Source of the DNA: Octopus bimaculoides
Taxonomy: Eukaryota
Assembly (NCBI RefSeq): GCF_001194135.2
Contig: NC_068985.1
Location: 66,074,939-66,121,914, forward strand
Direction of reading: 5' to 3'
Length of the DNA: 46,976 nucleotides
The notes beneath the pieces were generated by a model. It made no database searches and was not told the DNA's origin. It worked only from the letters and a program-made list of their open reading frames with translations. Below, in pieces: positions 10,328 to 23,829 of the stretch; positions within the stretch are counted from its first letter, which is position 1; each line of letters begins with the position of its first letter. The translations under genes were made by a program, and so were the position numbers.

Positions 10328-11544
10328 TGCATATAAATACATATATTCATATGTATATGTGTGTGCACGTGCGCGTGCGCGTCTCTTGCTTATGTGTGTA
10401 TGTACTTCATTTAACAAAGACAAAAATCTGCATTAAAAAATATGTAAACTCCGGAAAATTGTATTTTGCTGAATGAATTTTCAATCTAATCTAATTTTCT
10501 ATTTTCATTATCATTATTAACAAGTGCACTTGTGTTTTTATTTGATGGGCTTTGAATGTGATTCGTAATCCAAAATCAAAGTAGCAATTCTCTTGGTAAA
10601 TACTTTTCCAACTAGTCACTCTAATACAGAAAGACCAATACTTTTAAGAAATACAACAAAACTTCTGATATAATAATATGCAGAAATTTTGTCTGGTCGA
10701 AATTTAAAATAAGTAATGTGTTGAAATTTAAAGTCACACGGGTGAAAATTTACTTAATGGTTCTTCAAATATTTCTCCAAAACACACGCTTGTTATTGAA
10801 TGTTGCGTTTAGTCTAAATTTCCTCAAAGAGGACTAATTTATATCAAAATGTTTAGAAAATAACAATGTATCAGCAGAAAGCAGTTTTCCAGGTCAAAGA
10901 AAGAGAAGAATCAAAACGTAGTTTCTGGTCTGATTCCATATATTAAATTCTCATTATATTCGTGAATCTGTATCAAACGGTGTTTCTCATCGAAATTTCA
11001 ATTTATGATTTAACGGTGTAATGAAATGCCGTATCAACTTAGAACGCTCGGTTTATATTTAAAATTTGTTAATTAAACATCAGAGGCATAATATTATGTT
11101 GAAATATACTCATGAAATTTATATTCCGTTTTGGAATATGCCGCAAAATTATTGCAAAAAAAAAAAAGTTGAAGATAATGAATTTAAAATTTGTTCAGCT
11201 TAGATTTAATGGCTCTTTGTGTGTCTACGTAAAGGGACATGAACTTCTTATGAACATTCATTACGTTTCCATTTACTCTCATTTATTTTTTGTGCATCAA
11301 TAGGTTAACTAATTTCATCCTGAATGACAACAAAGAAAGTGAAATGAAGTATGTTGAAACTGCCATTTACAGACTTATATCTGGAATGGATTTCTAAAAT
11401 TTAACAAGGTTACAATCGCAACTTGATGTTTAGCATGTGCTATACGTATCATGTCGTACGAGATAAAAAAAAATGTGCGATAATATACAAAGTACCTGAA
11501 TATCTATTCATTATATACACAAACCTCATATACATACCTGGACA

Positions 11545-11916
11545 TGAGCACACACACACACACGCACACACACACACGCACACACACACGTACACACGAA
11601 CGCACACACACACACACACACATGTATATCAGGTATTTCATGGATATATGTGCAGTGTCATATATGTGTGTGTGTGTGTATACATATATGTGTGTGTGTG
11701 TATATATANNNNNNNNNNNNNNNNNNNNNNNNNNNNNNNNNNNNNNNNNNNNNNNNNNNNNNNNNNNNNNNNNNNNNNNNNNNNNNNNNNNNNNNNNNNN
11801 NNNNNNNNNNNNNNNNNNNNNNNNNNNNNNNNNNNNNNNNNNNNNNNNNNNNNNNNNNNNNNNNNNNNNNNNNNNNNNNNNNNNNNNNNNNNNNNNNATG
11901 TATGTATGTATGTATG

Positions 11917-11945
<29 letters not shown>
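11545..11945. repeat. (CA)n/(TG)n/(TA)n/(ATGT)n microsatellites around a gap
   Basis: Seen directly. Confidence 0.93.
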
Positions 11946-11947
<2 letters not shown>

Positions 11948-12350
11948 CTCCGCAAAATCTGCATAGGTTATCCAATTGGCTGCTTTTACTGCGCCTCTCT
12001 CCCTTTTGTGCATCAGGTATTTGGTTGATATTTTCTGTTCCTGGATTGCAAACGCATACCCTTCAAAGTGAGAGTTAGTAATCCGGTTGTTAGTCCATGG
12101 TGATGAATGATACTATTATCCCGGTGCTTTCTACTGACATATTCATGCCTGGTCTTCTGCTGATATGCGCTCATCCTTTCATCTGATGATACATTGCGGT
12201 AGAGTCGTGCGACTTCTTTGGGCATGAATTTAAGGTTATCGGACAAGGGATGCTGCTCAAGAAGCTGCTTTCTAAGTCTCATGATGTTATCAGCATCATG
12301 TATGCAACTTGGTCAAAGGATGTACTTCGACACTTGGTGGTTAAAAGATG
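11945..12350 (-). mobile_element. R4/Dong-clade LINE fragment (region before and including the start of the CCHC knuckle)
   Basis: Minus strand gives THFEGYAFAIQEQKISTKYLMHKRE, then after a frameshift DNLCRFCG. This matches EGY.FAIQEQ.I.TKY...CR.C. Confidence 0.75.
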
Positions 12351-13699
12351 TTGCCGAAGGGATATGAAACGACATATATAGACATTTGAGAAATTAAAAC
12401 GCTTAGTATGCATTCCATATACATGTATTAGGTATGCACAAAACATACTCATGCATATATTTAACTCTCACACACACGCACCCCCATATGTATGAATAAT
12501 CAGATTCGACATCCTTATCTAGGGTTTCAGGTTGATATGAAATCATATCGTTATCGACGACCTTGTTCTGGCTGAAACCAATTATGTGAACGGGGGAGTA
12601 TATTATACTAAGGAATACAAACATATATAAATCCCGTTTCGGTATCGTTTAATATCGGTGAATGATTAATGAATGCTAACTTACTAGAGCAGAAAACGTG
12701 ATTATTCTTTTCTGGATAAAGAAATGTACACTTTCATACGCACTGAGTTATAGGTGTAGAATTGATGCTAAAAATATGTAAAACAAACGTTATGAATGCG
12801 TCACGCACTCATATATTGACGTTCACACACACACACATGCGAACGCACACGCACACGCAGATATACAATCAACTACACGCATAAACATGTATCTGTTCGC
12901 TTGTATACTAATGTCAGTATATATAAATGTAAGCTTTACTTAATTCCCACCTATTTTCTTCATTTATGGCTCGTTGTCTTCTTTGTTCCGTTTTGTATTT
13001 GTCCATTTTATAAATTTACTTTTTGCATTTAATTCATTTGCTGATCATGTAATTCATGTCACTTACTTTTCACACGTTCGAAATTTAATGTGAAAACGGT
13101 AGTGTAAATACATGCGCGGACCTCACAGATATGCAAATACATTCATGCGAGATTTAAGCAAAACAAAACCAAAATGCTATCCTGTCCGTCTTCGTTTCAC
13201 TTGTAGTCCTCAGGTCATAGTTTCATGTTGGTGCGACATCTCATGCAGGTAACGATATAAATTCTAGATGATTATGAGTAAATTAATTATCAACTCAACA
13301 TCCGGTATTGCTTACTCTTTCATGTACTTCTTAATACTAACATGTGCACGATTCGGTCGAGTATTGTTAATGCTCTAAGAACAAAACGCTGAGACTTTGG
13401 AAGACATTTACAGAATGGACGGTTGCTCATTCTCAGCTAAACATCACTACACAAGGGACTGATGGAAAAATCAAAGAATATATTAAAAAGAATGGAGTAA
13501 AGTAGAAGGCATTCTTCTTCGATAAAGATATGTCTTTTACATCTACCAGTTTTAAGTGAAATAAGAATCCTCCAAATAAAAGAAATAGAAAGACTTGATG
13601 GGGACTTAAACCACTACTTTCCTGTATACATTGAAAACATATCTACGTCCCATAACTATTTTGGCGAAGCAAGAAATTATATGACAGATGTAGCTACAA

Positions 13700-14810
13700 T
13701 AGAATATTACTCGATAACTGGAATATATAAGTAAACTATCCTAAGAGGTCACTATAAAGTTGGTGTCAAGACAAAATATATTACTGTTAAATTTAAGCTC
13801 AACGACCTTTTGTATCCCCCAAGACCTCAACCTACACAAACTGTACGTGTTTATGAAAGATCACAATGAAACTTCACTTAGAATCCAAATTCTATGCATT
13901 GAAGCGTAATGGAGGAAATGCTAGCAAGAGCAGATTAGCTTGCAATGGATGTGTAGTAGTTGTACCAATAAGTAGTTATCTGTATTGTTTATATAATTAT
14001 TTACGTGTACATACAGTTTGGCATTGCTGAACTGTATGCAACAATAATCTTCTCTTTCAAGCCCTACAATTCAGGAAATTGTATGCTACATTGACAATAG
14101 TCTAATGGATGGCTAAATCGCCTTTATTTTATGACAGTTTCTACTAGGTGGAGAAGAATGAGAAGGAATTCTTTGATGTATCCATTACAAGTTTTGTTGG
14201 CGTCAAGATAGCCGATCTCGCAGATCTTTACATTGAAGACCGACTCAGAAACAAATTGAAAGAAGGTGAAATAGAACGGCATTGAAACGACGGGTGTGGA
14301 ATAGAAAACAAATATAAACAAAAAAGACATGGATTGAATTATCAGGTAATTGAAATATTTTACAGAATAACAATAAACTTACACATCGGCAAACACTAGC
14401 CATATCATAAATGAAATACAAAAGCTACCTGCGTAAACAAAAGGTTCTAATTACACACCAGCATTAAGCACCTTGTATGCAATCTCAATTGCTGAATCCC
14501 CAATGTATCCTCAAATTGGAGTATATTCGACAAGGCTACTCCTTATTTTATCAACGTACTAAAGAGATGCCGTTTCAAATAAAAACCAGTTATATAGAGA
14601 CAGCCCGTACTGGAATTATAGATGCAGAAATAGAAAACTCACGTAAATCGATTCACCACTTACTATGAACGTAGCCACAAATATTCTTTAACGTAATGGA
14701 CTTGCATTTATTTCACCGAAACTTTCGGGTATTACAAACTTTTAAATAAAACCTCTGTGAAGCATAGCTACAGCAAAGCAACCATGCATAATTCAGATTC
14801 TTTCCAACGC
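13700..14810 (+). mobile_element. Penelope-like element RT fragment, Naiad/Chlamys-like, heavily decayed
   Basis: Motifs MKDHNE (LKDHKENF), FDVSITSFVGVKIADLADLYI (FDVTMGSFDGAEICELVGLY), ERH*NDG (YRDDG), NVSSNWSIFDKATPYF (LSSNEEIFDKA.PYY), MNVATNI and KLLNKTSVKHSYS occur in the expected order. Confidence 0.75.
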
Positions 14811-15904
14811 AAATGCAATTTTAGACATTTACTCATCTTTCTTTTTATTAAAAAGCAGCTTGAGAGGAATCTGGGGTACAGAGCTGATATTTTAGACATC
14901 AACTAGATACAGAAGTTGTATATCGGCTTTATCAAAAACTCATAAAGATCCGATACACACCATATAGGAAGAGGCCTTTTATGTTTATACACAAGATCCT
15001 TAAAGCTCTAAACAGCCTTGCACATCCCTTTTTCTACTATTTTCTTGCTATAGTCCCATTTACTATTAATGTCAGCATATGTCATCATTTTCTCACTATT
15101 ATCCTTACCTGTTCCCTTGTGCGCCACTATCTAATGGCACATAACTGGGAACTGTCCAACTATTCTACATCTAGAACGTACTATTTAAGTACGATCAACT
15201 CTGAAATTTTTCACATACTCTACCTTCTAATCGCGTTTATACAACAATATGCTTCCTGGTGTAAAGAGTATTGTACATAATGCGATATATCATATCAGAG
15301 AATTCCAAACTCAATCCACCAGCGTATAATGAGTAGTATTAAGAACCACACAGCTAGGTAGCAATACAATGAAATACAGTCGTGATCTTTATGCGCTGAA
15401 GCATAGCGAACAGTCTAAACACATCGTCTTGCGATCATGTGGCGTTTATACATACAGTCACCCAGACTTCATATGAACTACCCAATACGATGGGCATAAA
15501 CCGTTAAAAGCCTTTCGTGCAATGCCGCAGCAGTCCTTCCTTACCAGTACTATAGACTCTGATCACACCAACACTGTGATCACACCAGAGTTATACAATC
15601 AGACATAACCTATTGTAAATTTTATTCTCCAGGTTACATCTCCTGACGGTGCATGCCTACACTTATGATTATACTGCTATGATGCCAAGAATTTAAACGA
15701 TGTGCTACTTTTGCTGCTGGGCTTGATCGCAAAAAGACTATGATGAGATGTGTTCATGAAAGGAGCATTAAGAAATACACAACGAAGCAATAATAGAATG
15801 AAACACTCAATCGTGCTTTAACATGTGTGAATGTACAAAACATTACTACGACAACAGCAACATTTATGAGTATCAGCGTCTGTGTACACACACACACATA
15901 GAAA

Positions 15905-15954
<50 letters not shown>

Positions 15955-16680
15955 CNNNNNNNNNNNNNNNNNNNNNNNNNNNNNNNNNNNNNNNNNNNNN
16001 NNNNNNNNNNNNNNNNNNNNNNNNNNNNNNNNNNNNNNNNNNNNNNNNNNNNNNNNNNNNNNNNNNNNNNNNNNNNNNNNNNNNNNNNNNNNNNNNNNNN
16101 NNNNNNNNNNNNNNNNNNNNNNNNNNNNNNNNNNNNNNNNNNNNNNNNNNNNNNNNNNNNNNNNNNNNNNNNNNNNNNNNNNNNNNNNNNNNNNNNNNNN
16201 NNNNNNNNNNNNNNNNNNNNNNNNNNNNNNNNNATATATATATATATATATATATATAATACGACAACAAAAGAATGAATGAGACCGATCTGTAAAATAG
16301 AGAAATTTATCTATAAATATAATGTGACAGTTAGTCGGTTGACATAATAAAACTCAGAGTTTCGGATGCTGGGGCTGAAGTCTGCTCCGGCATCTCATCA
16401 GTTCTTAAGACAAACGCTATGAAAAAACCCCGTTGAATAAAGGAAAATTACTCCAATAGGCATGGGGAAAATAATACTTCATTCATAGAATCCACATATG
16501 CACACATATACGCACACACATACACGTACGCACGCACACACACACACACACACACACACATTTATTTATATATATCTGTATACATACTCACACAAGTGTG
16601 TACATGTACATACAAACATAGATATACATATATAGGTCTACGCATACACGCACATGCACACGCATATATACCCATGCACG

Positions 16681-16960
16681 CATCACTACGCTTATATACA
16701 CATCTCTACACGCACACACACATACATACGCGGATATACAAAACGTAGTTTATATGCACATGCATATACATACACGGAAAGACGCATATACAAATAAAAA
16801 CACATATGCAAAAACGCACGCATCATTATGTTCATATATACATCTCTATACGCACATATGCATACATACGCGGATATACAAAACGTAGCCTATACACACA
16901 TGCACATACAGACGCAGATAGACGTATATACAAATAAAAACATATACGCAAAAATCATAA
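16681..16960. repeat. Two tandem diverged copies of a ~140-bp CA/TA-rich unit
   Basis: 16681-16820 and 16821-16960 share catc..ta.g...acatctcta.acgcac...catacatacgcggatatacaaaacgtag...tatacaaataaaaaca.atatgcaaaaa. Confidence 0.85.
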
Positions 16961-18750
16961 ACAGTAAAACATTCACATTCGCCGCAAAACTTGAATATAC
17001 AAATGAGTTATATATGAAAATACACAAATATACCCTCCTGTCTGTCAAGCACTTCTACACCTGCATATATATATATATAAACGTATATATATACATATAT
17101 GTATGAAGGAAGGAGACAAGTACAACAGATAGAGTCTTGCACTCGTATATATACAATCATTCGTACATATGTATATATGCACGCACACACACATTAGGTT
17201 TATACTACACGCGTAGAAGTTACACAATTATAAATGGTGAAAAATAATATACAGAAAAATATATGTATATATATGAGCTTGTGTATATATATATATATAT
17301 ACTTGTAGGCATTTATGTCAACACTGCATGTATAAATACAAGATTAATTCCCCATTACGGTCCCATTATACATAAAACACTCTTCTCCCATCTTTATCAG
17401 GTTTTAAATAATTTTATTGACTTCCCATTCTAATTCTAAATTTCTTCTTGTTCTTCTTTTCTTCCCTGCTTGTCCAACATACTGTCTCGTAGCGTTGCAA
17501 CCTCCAACAGTTTTTTCAAATAAGATACGTAGCAATCTTCTCTACCCACAGTTATCACATTAGGTTAAAATGTCTTATGGTTAAGTTGGATCCTATGTAT
17601 TTCCCTGAAGAGAAGATTACATCTTTATCAACATCACTCATTCCTTTGGAAGATACCATTTGTAATCTTCGAAACATATGTCGGAAATAAAAGAATTCAT
17701 TTAACAAATGCGTATTACTCCATTTATTAAATTTATATATNNNNNNNNNNNNNNNNNNNNNNNNNNNNNNNNNNNNNNNNNNNNNNNNNNNNNNNNNNNN
17801 NNNNNNNNNNNNNNNNNNNNNNNNNNNNNNNNNNNNNNNNNNNNNNNNNNNNNNNNNNNNNNNNNNNNNNNNNNNNNNNNNNNNNNNNNNNNNNNNNNNN
17901 NNNNNNNNNNNNNNNNNNNNNNNNNNNNNNNNNNNNNNNNNNNNNNNNNNNNNNNNNNNNNNNNNNNNNNNNNNNNNNNNNNNNNNNNNNNNNNNNNNNN
18001 NNNNNNNNNNNNNNNNNNNNNNNNNNNNNNNNNNNNNNNNNNNNNNNNNNNNNNNNNNNNNNNNNNNNNNNNNNNNNNNNNNNNNNNNNNNNNNNNNNNN
18101 NNNNNNNNNNNNNNNNNNNNNNNNNNNNNNNNNNNNNNNNNNNNNNNNNNNNNNNNNNNNNNNNNNNNNNNNNNNNNNNNNNNNNNNNNNNNNNNNNNNN
18201 NNNNNNNNNNNNNNNNNNNNNNNNNNNNNNNNNNNNNNNNNNNNNNNNNNNNNNNNNNNNNNNNNNNNNNNNNNNNNNNNNNNNNNNNNNNNNNNNNNNN
18301 NNNNNNNNNNNNNNNNNNNNNNNNNNNNNNNNNNNNNNNNNNNNNNNNNNNNNNNNNNNNNNNNNNNNNNNNNNNNNNNNNNNNNNNNNNNNNNNNNNNN
18401 NNNNNNNNNNNNNNNNNNNNNNNNNNNNNNNNNNNNNNNNNNNNNNNNNNNNNNNNNNNNNNNNNNNNNNNNNNNNNNNNNNNNNNNNNNNNNNNNNNNN
18501 NNNATATATACATATATAAATTTTTATAGACACATATACTGAACCATCCATTCCTACACATCTTTTCTCTGTTTCTTTCAATCTTTCTCTGTTTTTTCCT
18601 CCTAATCTTTTCAGTCGAAGAGCGTAGACTCGAAGCGTCAAAGGCTTCTCTATTGTTCCCGAGCATTAAACTAATACACTTGCATGTTGTTCCTTCACCT
18701 GTCTTGGTGGTTTGTTTTCTGCAAATTTGAACTACATATACATGTATGTA

Positions 18751-18782
<32 letters not shown>

Positions 18783-19599
18783 AGTGTGTGTATTAGTGTG
18801 TTGTGTTGAAAAACGAAAAGAAGAAAATGCCTGGAGAACTTTATCATGGACACAAGTAAGAAGTTATTTACATTTTTATGAAAATATGCCACCGTTTTTC
18901 AATCGCTTTGAGAAGGCAATTTAATCATACTGAAATGAAAGGAAATATAATTAAAATAAATTACGGTAATCTTTCACTGTTATCAGTTTTGTAAGTTCAC
19001 GTGCTTTTCTTGGAAAAATTACTTGGTGCTAGTATTTCGTTTCGTTCTGTCTGTTACTGGGTAGTAGTCGTGGCCGCAGTAGCAACAGTGGTTGTCAGAA
19101 AGAAAAGCGGAAAGTATGGTTGTCAACACAGCAACAGCAAGAATGCCAGTGGCTGTAGTAGTTGTATACAAAATTAAAAGTTGTACTAGTTGGGGTAACT
19201 TTAACAAAGGTTGCAGTAGCGTCGGTTGTAGTTGTCACCTTTTCTCTGCCACGGGTTATTAAACGTATTTGGAACTTGTTTATGAAAGTTATTTCTTTGT
19301 TGATACGTTGCTTCTGAATTATTTAATCGCTAGATTGATATATAAGGAATATCGTAAAAGTTTGGTTGATTTTGAGCCGCACATGTGTCCACACGTTCAC
19401 CGAATGTTATTGATTTGTATTCCCCTATTCTAATTTGTGATCTATACAGAGCCATGCCTTTTCGTGATGAGGCTGCTGTGTGTCCGATGTAATTTTCATC
19501 ACATCGTTAGCATGGAATTGTATAGATTAGGTTTACAGATGCACTGTTGAAGTTATTTTTATTGTGCAAAATTGCACCAGTTTGAAACGGATCTATGAT

Positions 19600-21830
19600 C
19601 CTTCTATCGGATTAAAACATACACTTCAGTTGGATATCTCGTATATGGTTAAGTTTTTCTCGAGTAAAATTTGGCCTTTGCTGGGATTTTTTCCAGTGAT
19701 TTGGGTTGTCTAGCCTGTTATGAGGGTATGTCTTCAAAGAATTTAGTTCTGCAGAAAATTAAGACTACACGAAGAACTATGCGACAAAATCAACGATGAC
19801 CAATCGGTGTTAAGAAACAACAGAACTACATCTTCACTGATGTGGAGGAGCAACAGCCTGGCGCTTTCTTTGAATATATTTTAAATCGGTCATATCAATA
19901 CTCAGAGACAAAAACTCAAACCAAACTTCAGTGAATGGATGGACTTTAATTTAAAAAGGAATTAAAAGTAACTGATAAAGGAAATGTAGTAGTTTTGGTG
20001 GATACAGTTCACTAGAGAGAAAGGATAATAACTATTACCAACGTTACTGCTTAAGTTACAACGACTAGTGCGACTCTTGCGGCTTCGAAGAGGGCTGCTA
20101 TGGCCATTGGCATTCTTGCTACTGCTACATAGACAGTATATTAGCTGCATCTTTCTCTCATGGCAAATCCTGCTGCTGCTGATACGACTAATACCGACTG
20201 AATATGAATATCAAGAATCCACACAAACAAGAAAAAACGTATAGCAAAACTGAAACTGAAATCAAGTTACTAATATCTTCCAAGCTCTCAACCCCAAAAG
20301 CAGCAACTATTTGTAGACAATTATCTCAAAATGGAATCAATGTCGAGACTTCTTCCCAATCTGGTATTCACAGATCGACTATCAAAAAACTAAAACAACA
20401 AATGAAGAAAACACTACATTTAGAAAACTGGACATTGCATTTCGATGGTAAACGCATTGATGACCAAGAATACCAAATGCTAGTTTTTAAAGAATGAACA
20501 GAGATAAGTTAAGTTAGAAGCGTTCCGATTACTAAACGAAAAAACCGATACTGTTGTGAAAAGAATAGCAGTTGTTTCAGATGATTACAATTTATGGAAC
20601 TGTGTAAAGATGATTGTCACTGATACAACGAGTGTGAACATTAGGAAAAGAAATGGCATTGTCATTCAGTTGCAAAAACTGTTTCCTCAAAAGGGTTTGA
20701 AAGAATCGCAATTTACTGGTTGTCAGCATCATATCCTTGATAGAGTTCTTCGTGTTGTAATGTATAACAAAATTGGAGAGAAAAAGTCATCTCCAAATAT
20801 TGAATATACATTCATCCCAGAGCTTGTAAGTAATTATGAGAAACTCCAGACTAATTTCAACAATGGTGAAGAAAAGATTACTGAATCAGCAGGATGGCGA
20901 GATGACATGAAACTTCCATTTCATTTGACAAGAGTTTTTCGTTTCTTTGAAGAGACCGTCACATTTCCTACTGTAAAGTTTCGAAAACTACCTAACTTAA
21001 GTAATGCAAGATAGAATTCTCGAGCAATGCTAGCTCTTTTGGCATTTATTCTTCTACCAGAGAAAAGAGTTTTGCTTCTCAATGTTTGTCGATTCATCTC
21101 TTACAGATGGTCAGAATTTTGGTTTACTGATCAAATGTTCAATGCACATGATTATCAGAAGTTACGTGGTAGCCTGCAAGTTCATAAAGAGGCATTGAAC
21201 TTTTGGAGTCGAGAACCATCAAAACTAGAAATTCCCGGAACAAATCAGAGTGCTGAACGGGCAACAAAGTGCCTTCAAGATCTTTATGATTTTTCTAAAA
21301 AGAAGGAGAAACTTCAGCTTCGATTTGTTTTATCTAACAAAACATATTAATTCTTCGTTATGTTAAAAATTTGCTAACATTCAGCATCCCTTTTCTTATA
21401 CAGATATTTAAAATTGGAATTAAACTTATAAAGTTAAAAATATGTATTGTTTCTAATTGTGTATGTTATCGAATGCTTGTAGTGGCCTTTGTCTTAAAAT
21501 AGACTAATTTTGAAACTTTGCACACAGCAATTCCAATTCAGTAATCTTAAAAATGTATAAATACACTTTTATTTCACAACTCTCTTGCGTTTACAAGGAT
21601 TTAGGTAGCGGAAATACAGAAGTGTGAATCTAGTGCCACCTAGTGATTATAGTTTTAAAATCCCATAACTCCGAAACTACTCTCCTAGAAAGCTGAAATT
21701 TCAGATATACTATTTCTGCATTGCATTGAGTCAGCACACCAGGTTTGGTAAAAACTTGAGCAGGCGTTATGAACACCTCTAGAATTTTGCATGATTTGGG
21801 TCAAAAGTGTTGATCGATTTCTTAAGTTGG
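19600..21830 (+). mobile_element. Decayed hAT-like DDE transposase (hATm / cc8K15.2-like family) plus 3' subterminal sequence running into a gap
   Basis: ORFs 20204-20497, 20556-21014 and 21027-21350 join into one protein with LHFDGK (D), VTDTTSVN (D), GCQHH (CxxH), WRDD, NAR* and TNQSAER (E). No TIR pair found. The 5' boundary is uncertain. Confidence 0.75.
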
Positions 21831-22149
21831 NNNNNNNNNNNNNNNNNNNNNNNNNNNNNNNNNNNNNNNNNNNNNNNNNNNNNNNNNNNNNNNNNNNNNN
21901 NNNNNNNNNNNNNNNNNNNNNNNNNNNNNNATATATATACATACATACATACTTATGTATATATCTTTATTTATCGATATCTATATCTATCTATCTATTT
22001 TTCTATGTATAGGAAACTAGAAGTTGGAAATGTACTGAAAATAGTTAAAATATTATTTATTATTATATGTAAAGATTCAACCGGTTTCACAGTTTACACT
22101 GATTTTCAAAAGTTTGAAATAGAAAGACGTGGCTTATGTCCCAGCTGAT

Positions 22150-23600
22150 TTACTTCTGTCTAGTGTTTGAAGCTTGCTCTATTTTTACAGGGAGTTCATT
22201 GCTCAAATCAAATATATGAAAAATGGCTCAATTCAACATCGATCATCCTCCCCAAAAAACTACAAATAAAACCTATCGCTAATGAATCCGAACAACAACA
22301 AAAAGTTAGAGAAAAGATGGCTCTTGACAAATTCAAAATGGAAACCCAGCTATTGCGGTTAAGAGCAAATTCGAACGAAGAGAAATTTAAAACAATTGAC
22401 GCACAAATGCAAACAGAAATTTCTAAAACATCCGAAGGCCGAGAAAACAATATTAAACTTTGAAGAGAAAAATGTGCAAACGAGGAATTATCATCTCTTC
22501 AACGGTGGGAGAGAAGTACTCTTTGGTTCTCCAATTATGAATCTCACTTCAAAAACGAATACTCTACCGAGAACCCATTCCTGAAAAAGTTAAAATCCAC
22601 AAACGACATTCAAAGCGAAATTATATTCACCAATTTCATAAGGACAATTCAAGACTATTTCAACAAGAAAATAATCCAAATAAAGAATCGAATTTTCCCC
22701 TCCGACTGGACTGAATTTTCTCCAAAACCTAAGGCATACACAACGGATAAAAAATATCAACTTAAAAATAATTACAGAGAGAAACGAGCACAATCCAGAA
22801 CAACAAATTTGCAAAATCGATACAAAAGAGGACAAATTAAGAGAGAAAATGTCATCGGATACATAAAAAGTATTAAAAGAAAAACCTTGAAGAATAATTT
22901 TTTTAGTTCTCGACACTAGATGGTACAAACCGAAGATGAGAAACCGAAAATAACCTATCTAAAAACTTTTCTCAGTAGAAGAAATTAATATTTTGTCAAA
23001 AGGCTTAAAATCTACCCCAACACCATAGCACCCTAACTCCAATGAAATAGAGAACAATAATTCACAGTTCTGTAGAAAACTACGCCTAAGAGAGGAACTT
23101 TACGATAAAGAAAACGGAAACTAACCAGTTGTAAGAAACAAGAGCGATTACAAGCCTACGAAAGGTAAGAATAAAGCTTTAGATAAATTCTGTGAATTTA
23201 TATCTACCTTCCCTTAAAAAGAACTTCTACAGCCTAAAATCAAACCCAATACCAGTCGGAAGGAATGGGATATTATATATGAACTGAAAAACAATAATTA
23301 AGGAAGCAGATAGAGGAAGTGCTATAATTGCTATAGATATTGAAATACTACAAAAGAGATATACTGTCTATATTACAAGATATGACCGACTACGAAAATG
23401 TAAATACTTACCAAAAATCAAAGACAATGACCAAACTGAACACAATCATTCATAGACATCATAAAGGTTTAACAATGTGACTAACTAACCCATTCAGATT
23501 GCAAGACTAGCTAATTTTACGGTCTCCCTAAAATCCATAAGAATCAAACTATTAAGAATGCATGTAAAGAACCAACTTCAAGTTGCATTAACACAATATT
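22150..23600 (+). mobile_element. Neptune-like Penelope element, N-terminal region to the start of RT, decayed
   Basis: Motifs ILPKKLQIK, NLSK...LSKGLKSTPTP, FCRKLRLRE, VRNKSDYKP, IKEADRGSA and FYGLPKIHK occur in the expected order. Confidence 0.8.
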
Positions 23601-23829
23601 CCACCTATTTGCGATAAAAGACCCGAAATACCTCTTACACGGTAGCAAGGCGCGCAAGAAATAGCAGCCAAATCTTTCTTTTTCTGCGTGGAAGGAGCCG
23701 TTTACGCGTGATTTCGATGTCACATTCGTTGAAAGCAAGCAAAATAATCTGGGAAAGAAAAAATCCCACGAAACAAAACCCACGAAACTCAGACTTTCCC
23801 GGCGACCCAACGGGTCACGGGTAGTCTAG
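23600..23829 (+). mobile_element. Helitron-like 3' terminus (GC-rich hairpin followed by CTAG|T)
   Basis: CCCG-gc-GACCC-aac-GGGTC-a-CGGG hairpin at 23798-23821, CTAG at 23826-23829, then T. No 5' TC end identified, so the start is approximate. Confidence 0.6.

Noticed and set aside
15738-15770. atgatga-gatgtgttcat-gaaa as the hammerhead of the Naiad-like element
   Set aside because: C3 is missing, stem II is unclosed, and no stem I or III is evident.
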